Shown here: positions 54,481 through 64,000 of the stretch, piece after piece | Numbering within the stretch: position 1 is the stretch's first letter | Layout of the letters: each line of letters starts with the position of its first letter | Position numbers and translations under genes: made by a program | Assembly: GCA_030141605.1 (NCBI GenBank) | Contig: JAQGDQ010000669.1 | Span: forward strand, 51,726-115,725 | DNA: 64,000 bases | Source: Tubiluchus corallicola | Lineage: Eukaryota; Animalia; Priapulida | Reading direction: 5' to 3' | The notes under the pieces: model-generated | The model's input: the letters and a program-made list of their open reading frames with translations, nothing else | Told to the model about the DNA's origin: nothing | Databases searched by the model: none

Positions 54481-56307
54481 TTCCTTTGTATTAATTTTCA
54501 TTCCTTTCTTGCCTTTCCTTTCGTTCACCATTTTCCTTTACCTTTTCCCTTTAATATCTTTTTTACTTTCCTTTCATTTTCATTTTTTTTGTTCTGCTTG
54601 AACTTTAACCGTTTCATGCCTTACATTTATCTTCATCGTGGAACGTTTCCTAGCTAGCCTACACCATGATTTAAGGGGATGACATTACATGCCACTCAGA
54701 TCACAGATGTAAAGAAGGATGTCAGCATCAGATGAACTAACCAGATGGAACAAAACACCACAAATGCATTAGTAACGGAAAACCATGGTTCACGCCAGGA
54801 TGCTCTTGCTTGAAAGGCAGCTCTATCCTAGGATGCCCGTCCTGCAGGGCAGCTCCACGCTAGGATACTGTTAGTGTAGAGCAGCTTTGTGAGAGTAGTA
54901 GTGCGGGTACTCGTACAGTAGGGTAGCTCCATGCAAGGATGCTGCTGGTAATAAAGTGCTCTTTTTGTAGGGGTGTTCCATGCCAGGACGCTCGTGCTGT
55001 ATGACAGTTCCACACTAGAATGGAGGCAGGGCAGTTCCATGCTCATCGTCATCATGGCAATATCATCATTACAGCAAACATCGTCATCGTGATCTCGTTC
55101 TTCCTTCTTATTTTCTTTTTCATTTTTGCTTCAACTCATGATCTCAATCAGAGCTGCTGTTCTGGTGTGCAACTTTGCAACTTTCTTTTTTCAATTCCTC
55201 AAGGTGTATTTCTTACACCTTACACTATTTTGGTAAAGGATAAATGTCCACGTTAACTGACATTGTTACACTCTATCATCGACTAATCCCCCCCCCCCCC
55301 CGCAACGACAGGTCCTGCTGTATGTGGCAGCACGAGAACGTAGCTCATTGTCAGGCTAATCCTCTAAGATGAGTCACTGAACCAGCTGGAGCATCTTAAT
55401 CATGTTTCGCTGTTCATTCTTGCTTACTGCGAACAAAGCCTGTCTTGAATGAGCTTTGAAGGCAGTGACCATTTCGTTTTTTTTTGCATCAGAAATCAAT
55501 GCAGTAGAAACACGCTCGAGGAGCTTCGTTTTGGCTTCAATCCGCGATGTCCTTTGGCCAGCTTTTCCTACAGGTCTTTCTTGATCATGTTTTAACACCG
55601 GCTGTATAATAATTAGTAACTTGCGTTCGTTGCTATGGTTACCGCTTTGTTAATTTGACCGGAAAGGCACTTTCTGTGGATCGTATAGCTTTGCAATAAT
55701 ACAGTATACCTTCACTATAATCTAGAATAGGCGGATTATGAAAAAGTAGTCGTTGATTGGAACACTTGTCCAAAATATTGAATTTTTTGTGAAAAACTTT
55801 CTCTATAACGTCACTGAAACACTGAAGAGAAAGAGAGAAATGCTAGATGCTTATAAAAATCATTTCCGCTTTATTTATCTAATATTTTTTGTACAACTGT
55901 AGCCATTAAACGAAGCCAGGTTTTTCCTCGTGCGAACTGAAGCCCGCCAGCACGCGCGCGGGGAGTGGTGCGTCATTCTCATCTAATGAAGCTGTCATGC
56001 AGCACGCAACTGTCAGAGAGCAACGCTGGGTGATTCATTTGCTAATGAAGCCATCAAGCAGATCCAGACGATGTTCCTTGCATGCACTAGCATGTTAGTG
56101 ACGTCACTCCGCGAAGCCAAACACGAAACAAATGGAAAGGTCAGAAGTTTTTTTCCGAATGTTGCGAAAGTGCAAAATATGCTTTTACGACGTGACCTTG
56201 TGTGAGTTACTAAAGTTAAGGAGTTCTAGGCACTGAGAGTAAATGGATTGGTTCCTTCCGAAAGCACATTTTCTAGTCTTCGTATTGGTCGCTACTGTTT
56301 GAATTAA

Positions 56308-56644
56308 AGGACAAGAAAAGTGGTAAATGAAGTAGGTTTCGGAGAATATTCGGAAGTAGGTTTCGCTTTGAAATATTACATTACTGTATAGAAATTTTAT
56401 GCGTATATCGTATGCGTAAACTTCCCGCGACACTGTTCCGACGGCGCCATTATATGACGTCACTTACTCAAACGTATCGTCAAAATGGCTGCGTCTAACG
56501 GTCATCGCGGGAATTTAAATTTACATGTTCTTCACACCTTTACTGCCGACGCAAGCCTTGTACGCAAAAAGGCAGTATGTATTTGGTGTAAAATTTCAAG
56601 ACGATTTCTTTAAGCTTTATGTAAGTGGAGTGTTTTCTTGTGCT
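56308..56644 (-). mobile_element. Family A Kolobok-like element, internally deleted
   Basis: TTAA-AGGACAAGAAAA..TTTTCTTGTGCT-TTAA; 12-bp TIR with one mismatch. Confidence 0.82.
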
Positions 56645-56909
56645 TTAAGCATATAGTACACCCATCTAGGGAGTTGCCTAAGTTGCCTCTCTCATTTTAA
56701 TGTCTTTAATAATGGTCTGCCGTTGATAGCAAACTAGGAACCAGGTCCACCATAATGCATTTGGCATCATAATAACGCATGTCATTTTACAGTGTTTGAA
56801 AAACCTACTCATGTCGTAACAGAGCTTTATATGGTTCATTCTAAAATGAAAATTAAGCAAGACGCAGGTAATTATGTCCCTTATAGCGTACAATAACATT
56901 CAAACTTAA

Positions 56910-57366
56910 CCCTTTTATACCCGTTGTATCCCGTGGGATACGAGAATATTTTCTGCCTTTAAAATTAATAAAATTTAAAAAACTGACAGTTATTTGATCT
57001 GTTAATAGTTATTTTGATTTAAGCCAATAACAATAGACTAAAAATGGCTATAAAATGGCAAACTAGAAAATCTACATAGCATAAAAAACTGCGCAAGGTA
57101 CAGTAGTTTAGAGACGACTTTGTACAGATCAGCATAGCATGCATACTAAATGTCTTAAATGCTTTAAAAAATTATCAGCAGTTGCAAAATGAAGCAGATT
57201 TTATGCTTCCATTGATTCCCAATGTATCCCGTCGGATACAGACTATATTTAGCACGCGGGCACAGGTAGAAAAAAATATTATGTGTAAACAAGATGGACA
57301 TACTGAACAAAAGTACCAAGCCAAAATTTTTTTTCTTATTAAAAAAATAATTTGGGACTGAAAGGG
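56910..57366 (-). mobile_element. piggyBac-like MITE, copy 2 (inverted relative to copy 1)
   Basis: TTAA-CCCTTTTATACCC..GGGACTGAAAGGG; high identity to the reverse complement of 53150-53606. Confidence 0.85.
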
Positions 57367-58289
57367 TAATGAAAATTATGATAGTGTACTATGTGCTTTT
57401 CAGAAATATATCTGTAGCCACAGGGTCCAGCCATTTGATAACAAAATACAACAAGGATAGTCTGCATCAAAACCTAATAAAATTTTCTTAAAAAACCAAA
57501 CTTTCGGGTGATTAAAAATCGTTGTTTGGGGTCCTTAAAAAAGATTAAGAGCTAAATATTTTTGAAAAATTTACAGCAGTACTATAACAAATTTGGCCTC
57601 TGAAAATGAGTATATTACGAGACAGAAATGTCTTTTCCTACTCGAGCAAACATTCTTATTAGAAACTTTGTAGGGAGCTTTGTAGATGTTTGTGGACTTT
57701 AGAAAGATGTTAAAGCACAACCAGACCAGTGTTAAACAGTAGGTCAGAACAGCTTTAAAATATCGAAAGCAAACATAATATTTTTTCAAAATATTTTTTC
57801 GGGCCATAAGTGCTTTTCATTTTTTTACATATCTAAAACACACAAAGCAAGCTGAAACTTAATAGTATTCGAAGCTCAAAGCGAATTAGCTATATTCTTG
57901 TTGCTACTAGGCTAAGCGTTTCCATGCTCAGCGCTTGTTTCCGTTGAGCGACTGTAGATGGCACAACCACCTTGCGTCTGGCAAAGACTTAGTCTAGCCT
58001 GTTTTAGAGTTTCTTTCTACGCTAATGCAACAGAAACGAACTGGCTCCCTTGATGTTGTTTGCAATGATGGCGTCTTTTGTTAAATGCTCTCATAGTAAC
58101 TCATATTCGTAGCTAATTACTAAAATGCTTGATTTGCTAACTTTTGCAAATAGAAAAATGAAAATATTTTTCAACCCAGCAATTAAAGTAATTGTGCGAT
58201 CCTTTAAGTATTATTAATAATCAATACTGATAATAGTAATTTTAATAATTACATTCCATTTGACGCATAGGTCGTCGAAAATAGTGCCG

Positions 58290-58322
58290 TCGTCGCAGCT
58301 GTACCCTCGTCGGTTATATCGG

Positions 58323-58353
<31 letters not shown>

Positions 58354-58435
58354 CATATACATACATATATTTATATATATATATATTTATATATATACAT
58401 ATCCGATATAACCGACGAAGCTACAGTTGCGACGA
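58290..58435. repeat. Hairpin element with (AT)n centre
   Basis: TCGTCGCAGCTGTA..TCGTCGGTTATATCGGATAT - (AT)n - ATATCCGATATAACCGACGA..TACAGTTGCGACGA. Confidence 0.8.
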
Positions 58436-58453
58436 TCTATACAATTATTATCG

Positions 58454-58492
<39 letters not shown>

Positions 58493-58999
58493 GATGCTAA
58501 CTGCAGTCAGTAAGCAATTTGAACAGGTGCTGCCAGCTAGCGCTAGCTATAGATAATAGAAGTTATAATGCTGTCGAGATAAGGTCGAGATTACGACGTT
58601 CTGTCTTCAATTTCACGCTCGTTAACGCACCATACTCAGGGAACGATGACTCAGTAACTCATTGCAAATTTTACTTATTTTCTCAACTAAACGTAGCTTT
58701 TACAATGGCGACTTTTACAAACCTTTATGGGGCTATGTACTATCATCGAGGCTGCTGCAAGGAGAAACATGGTAATAAATTAGGTTTCTTTGCATAAGTT
58801 TTGAATTTAATTTTAATTTAAAATCTGAACTAAAAGTTACCATGTAGAACAGACTAAAACACAGTACATTTATTATGTTGTTTCGAGTTACAGAAGCTAT
58901 TATTATATATTATATATACATTATAATATCATAAAATATTAGTTATTATTATAAGAAATTATAATCATTAATTTTAAGAGTAAGTTGTACTCGCATTAA

Positions 59000-59538
59000 A
59001 AGAAATTTTTGTTTGCTTTAATTTTAAATCTCGCGCAGTACTGTTCCGACGGCGCCATTACATGACGTCTTCTACGAAACGTAAATCAGGGGGAGAAAAG
59101 GCAATGCTACATTATGTCCCAAAAAACTGTCCCTGCAAATCTATATTACTTAGGGTTTCGCTTACCTGCTGGAAAGACTTATGTAACTAGAAATAATAAT
59201 TTAAAATGTTCGTGCCAATTGGTAAAATTTCGATGGCTAACCTTCCAGGTTGAGCCACTCACTAACCCAAAAACGTATTTTTAATCTTATTGACAAGATT
59301 CAGTAATTTAAAATCTTATTTAGCTTGTAAAATATGTGCTACGAATGCTCTGATTACTTTTTCAAACTTCACGCAATATTATTTAAACTTGTTTCAAAAC
59401 GACCTACCACCTAAATGGTTGCGCCTAACGATCAAGTTTCTGCCAAGGCAAGCCAAACATGCAAAAAGGCAGTACGTAAGTTGTACAAGATTTCAAGGTG
59501 AATCTTTAAGCTTTATGTAAGTGGAGTGTTTTTGTGTT
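59000..59538 (-). mobile_element. Family A Kolobok-like element immediately 3' of the aGPCR stop codon
   Basis: Reverse-complement homology to family A; terminus TTTGTGTT-TTAA at 59538-59542. Confidence 0.75.
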
Positions 59539-59552
59539 TTAAATAAATCTTT

Positions 59553-60234
59553 CTACATTTGTAAATCATTTATTTCTTCCTTTTCTTGTCCTTTCTGTTG
59601 CAGTCTATCTTCTAAGTCAGGCTTTGGCTTGCCCATTGTGTCACTGGATGACCAGCTGCTACACCCTTCTCGTGTCCTAAGTCTTATTCCTTCGTCAACT
59701 TCGGACATCGGTCTGTCAAAAGTGTCACTGGATGCCCAAGCGCGGATCGAAGAACTTGCGGTCAATCCTGCAGAGCTGTCACTGGACGGGGACCTTGCAG
59801 AGGTGAAACCGAAAAAGCCGTGTGACTTCGTGATCTTACCCTCGGTCAACAAGCGATACCAAGCCAGCCGAACCTCCCTGTAAAAGAGACATCGGATGAT
59901 GAAAATGAGGAAGCCTTGTGGAGCGTTGATGATGCAGTGAATATAGAGGAAGATAATGGTTGCTTGTTCGCTATGTTCCACGGCTGGAATTATTGGCGCA
60001 AAAATCCACGGAATGCCAAGAAGAATCATGACAGCAATGGCGCCGCGGACCTGGACAGCGGTCACTTTCTCGCCTTCTTGATTAGTGATCAGAGTACAGC
60101 TGGTCATTCCTCGACGATATATGGCTCTGGAGATGAGGACGAAGCAGACGGTATTGAAGAGAAGAATGAGGCAGACCGGTGCAATAAGCGCCACGTAAAA
60201 TGCTTTTCTGCTCTGTGTCATTGATGGTCCACAA
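59553..60234 (-). CDS. Adhesion GPCR (class B2) terminal exon: ECL2 Cys, TM5-TM7 and Ser-rich C-tail
   Basis: Minus-strand acceptor ttttcttcttcttcAG (60236-60235). Encodes C..AFYVALIAPVCLILLFNTVCF (TM5), GAIAVMILLGIPWIF (TM6, LLGxxW) and IINAPQGFLIFIIRC..EVR (TM7, NxxQG); TAG stop. Confidence 0.9.
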
Positions 60235-60280
60235 CTGAAGAAGAAGAAAATTCTAGTTAGAATTCTTGTGTAGCCATTAA

Positions 60281-60438
<158 letters not shown>

Positions 60439-60439
60439 G

Positions 60440-60900
60440 AGTTTATTTCGTATAAAAATATACAGTTTACAAAGATAAAGATGTTAGTACAACAGGTAAG
60501 GGGATGTTAGTAAAGTAACATATCTACAGACATTCAACTTTATAATAACCACACACTGTAGTTCCCTTGTAATTATATTACAGTATACAGTGTTGTAAGG
60601 AGCTATAATAGGTATCTTAAAACATAGTCTTTAAATGAGTTCTTAACCTTTAATTTTACATTTTCGTTTAGATCTACAGTATAACCATATTTGAATCTTA
60701 AATTTACTTGACTGTTATTTACATAGTAGCATAGCTTTGGAATTGTCAATGTGCAAGAGTTTACAATTTTTCTCACAAAGTTTAATTTTCGATTATTAAA
60801 TAATTGGTTTCCATTAAAGTAACTATTAAATAGTTCGCAGGCATTGTGCCACAAAAATACATTAACAATTTGACGTTTTCTTTTTGTCTAAAACCGAAAA
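60440..60900 (-). mobile_element. Probable decayed LINE 3' end with an (AAT)n tail
   Basis: Minus-strand ORF remnant ending NSFKDYVLRYLL, then AATAAA directly before the long (AAT)n tract. Confidence 0.4.
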
Positions 60901-61949
60901 TCGAATAAACGAAAATTGATAAAGAGATCTGGGTTTTGCATCTAATAAGTGATTACAAACATTTTTCCTGATTCCATCATGTATGACAGATACTACTGCA
61001 TTAATTCGCGTTACTCAAGGTAAGCAGCGTAAATGCAATAAGTATGAGGACATGTCGTGTGTTTGTAACTGAAATTAAGCAACACTGAACCTGATTAGTC
61101 AATGGATGTATAATTGTCAGAAAAATGTATCTGGGCGATTTTACCTGTACGCTAATGCTGGCTGTTTCTTCCAATAAGAAATGGGCGCAAATGGGCCACC
61201 GTCGTTGTGGAAGGAAGGTCACGTAAGAGGGAGAGATGAATGACTCTTGTTGTGCAACGTCTGGGACTTAGTAACAATAAAGAATAATAGTTGTGTCGTA
61301 AGCTTTAATGTTTGTAATTCCTTCTTAATTTGTGCCCCTTATGTGGAAGTTGTAATTGTACATTTTAATTAGGTGCTGCCATCTATGAACTAATCCTGTT
61401 ACATTCTACCAGCTACTTACCCCCAGTATAATAATGACCTTCAAACATGACCTTCACACCTTAATTTGAAAACATAATAATGCAAAATTGCTATAGTTCA
61501 TATCATAGCGGCACTGAATATGTGCCCAGGACAGAAGCTGTGACGTAACACAACTACCATTGCCCCTAGGACTATTGTTTTTTCTATTTTTTTCTAATCC
61601 ACATTATTCTGTATTAGTTGTGAGTCATAAATGTAGGTTACTACGTAAGTAAATGTCAAATAGAAACCCCCAAGAATCACATCAAATACAGACAGTTCTT
61701 TTTTTGCTAGTTTCACTGACGAAATACAAACTATAAGGCATGGAAGACATTATAACTGTTTTAACTATATTTACTGTAAACTGAAACTGCGCATCTTTAT
61801 TCCGTATCATAGGTTGCCATTTTCTTTAAATCCTTTAAACTACTTAATTTCTTTCTTTTTACTGCGATTGATTGAAGGACATTTATCCCCTCAATTCTGT
61901 TCTAAAGAGCACTGAGGTCTTCAAATGGAGAGCGTTTTTAAGAATAAAC

Positions 61950-62756
61950 TATTATTATTATTGTCATCATCATCATTATCATCCTCATCATCAGCGGCAT
62001 CATCATCATCATTATCATTATTGTGATAATTATCGTCATCATCATTATTATCATCATCAGCAGCAGCATCAGCATCATCATCATCATTATCATTATTGTG
62101 ATAATTATCGTCATCATCATTATTATCATCATCATCAGCAGCATCATCATCGTCATCATCATTATTATTGTGATCATTATCGTCATCATCATTATCATCA
62201 TCATCAGCAGCAGCATCAGCATCATTATCGTCATCATCATCATCATCATTACCAACACCATCAGCATCAGCATCATCACCATCATCATCAGCAGCAGCAT
62301 CATCATCACCATCATCATCATAATCATTATCATCATCATCATCATTATTATCATCATCATCATCAGCATCAACATCATTATCATTATTTTGATCATTATC
62401 GTCATCATCATTATCATCATCATCAGCGGCATCAGCATCATTATCATCATCATCATCATTGTCATTATTGTGATCATTATCGTCATCATCATTATTATCA
62501 TCATCAGCAGCAGCATCAGCATCATCATCATCATTATCATTATTGTGATAACTATCGTCATCATCATTATTATCATCATCATCATCAGCATCAACATCAT
62601 CATCATTATCATTATTTTGATCATTATCGTCATCATCATTATCATCATCATCATCAGCGGCATCAGCATCATTATCATCATCATCATCATTATCATTATT
62701 GTGATCATTATCGTCATCATCATTATTATCATCATCATCATCAGCATCAGCATCAT
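61950..62756. repeat. Complex (CAT)n microsatellite with higher-order units
   Basis: CAT/TAT/CAG triplets with a recurring TATTGTGATCATTATCGTCATCATC anchor. Confidence 0.95.
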
Positions 62757-62828
62757 GGTCTTAGTATTGTTTAAAGTATTATTTCAATGACGAAAAAAGC
62801 CGTTGATTCACAAGTTGTTTCACTGTAG

Positions 62829-63124
62829 GCACCTGAGAAGGCTCTTTTCTGGAAAAATCTTGCTCAACCTGTGCATTTCCATGCTGATCATGAACGTTGT
62901 GTTTCTCCTTGTTGGAGAAAAGGATGATAAGGCAGCTATGAAGGAGGTTGAGGTTCATCAAGAATCTTGGACGTGTTGCGCTGTGGGAGTTCTCGCGCAT
63001 TACTTCCTCCTGACAACCCTACTGTGGATGAGTGTAGAAGCTCTTAATATGTACATGATGATTGTTGAAATCTTTACCGAATACGAATCTTTCTTTCTGC
63101 TAAAGCGTCTGCTCTTCACTTATG
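62829..63124 (+). CDS. Adhesion GPCR internal exon: ICL1, TM2, TM3, ICL2 and start of TM4
   Basis: Acceptor cactgtAG (62827-62828), donor GTAAGA at 63125. Encodes KILLNLCISM (TM2) and CCAVGVLAHYFLLTTLLWMSVEALNMY (TM3, HYFxLxxxxWMxxEAxxxY motif). Confidence 0.9.
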
Positions 63125-63194
63125 GTAAGAATGTGTTATTATGTGTTATTAACTACAAGTGTAAGTCAATTTATGGTTATCGTATTTTAATACT

Positions 63195-64000
63195 GCCACT
63201 ACCCACGATACATGTCCCACCTGTTGATGCCATGCATTCCTGTCCACTGCCCACGATGCACGTTCCACCTGTTGATGCTAGGCATTCCTGTCCACTGCCA
63301 CTGCCCACGATGCACATTCCACTTGTTGATGCCATGCATTCCTGTCCACTGCCACTGCCCATGATGCACATTCCTGTCCACTGCCACTGCCCACGATGCA
63401 CGTTCCACCTGTTGATGCCAGGCATTCCTGTCCACTGCCACTGCCCATGTGTTTGTTGTTGGTGGTTGTTGTGGGTTTTGTTGTGCGATGCACGTTCCAG
63501 CTGTTGATGCCAGGCATTCCTGTCCACTGCCCACGATGCACGTTCCACCTGTTGATGCCAGGCATTCCTGTCCACTGCCACTGCCCACGATGCACGTTCC
63601 ACCTGTTGGTGCCAGGCATTCCTGTCCACTGCCCACGATGCACGTCCCCCCTGTTGATGCCAGGCATTCCTGTCCACTGCCACTGCCCACGATGCACGTT
63701 CCACCTGTTGATGCCAGGTATTCCTGTCCACTGCCGTGGTTTGTTGTGGGTTTGTACTGCCCACGATGCACGTTCCACCTGTTGATGCCAGGCATTCCTG
63801 TCCACTGCCACTGCCCACGATGCACGTTCCACCTGTTGATGCCACGCATTCCTGTCCACTGCCCACGATGCACGTTCCACCTGTTGATGCCAGGTATTCC
63901 TGTCCACTGCCCATGATGCACGTTCCACCTGTTGATGCCAGGCATTCCTGTCCACTGCCCACGATGCACGTCCCCCCTGTTGATGCCAGGTATTCCTGTC
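63195..64000. repeat. 48/54-bp GC-rich minisatellite (intronic, runs off the window)
   Basis: CTGCCCACGATGCACGTTCCACCTGTTGATGCCAGGCATTCCTGTCCA, with or without an extra CTGCCA. Confidence 0.95.

Noticed and set aside
55020-55256. ORF with FSIPQGVFL resembling GPCR TM7
   Set aside because: Lacks the LLGxxW and NxxQG context; hydrophobicity comes from T-rich low-complexity DNA.
61415-61465. Minus-strand micro-exon as the missing aGPCR TM4 exon
   Set aside because: It has a GTAAGT donor, but the reading GVKVMFEGHYYTG is not TM4-like and ends in phase 1 rather than the required phase 2.
61872-62790. His-rich 300-aa ORF and overlapping poly-Ile/Met ORFs
   Set aside because: Translations of a (CAT)n microsatellite; no splice or codon evidence.
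63177-63969. Several overlapping repeat-protein ORFs
   Set aside because: 48/54-bp minisatellite open in many frames, lying after the GTAAGA donor of the aGPCR exon.

Overview
AT-rich, repeat-dense animal genomic DNA from an invertebrate bilaterian (taxon not determinable here); it is not prokaryotic and has no CRISPR array or rRNA. Protein-coding content: (1) the last three coding exons of a Wnt5 gene on + (1833-2089, 7141-7433, 33398-33856; the final intron is ~26 kb and the 5' exons lie upstream of the window); (2) an intronless FBXL14/Ppa F-box-LRR gene on + (43349-44614), ~9.5 kb downstream of Wnt5, echoing the human WNT5B-FBXL14 linkage; (3) two adhesion-GPCR 7TM exons encoding complementary parts of the receptor but lying on opposite strands (TM5-7 on -, 59553-60234; TM2-3 on +, 62829-63124). 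The rest is a mosaic of non-autonomous DNA transposons (two TTAA-flanked Kolobok-like families, piggyBac-like, hAT-like with 8-bp TSDs, Harbinger-like, a Tc1 remnant), CR1/L2-type LINE 3' ends, tRNA-derived SINEs, mini- and microsatellites, and an interstitial TTAGGG-type array. It also holds a ~500-bp-arm inverted repeat and a palindrome carrying two hammerhead-ribozyme-like cores. Most listed ORFs are microsatellite artefacts. Repeat boundaries were read by eye and are approximate unless TIR/TSD coordinates are given.
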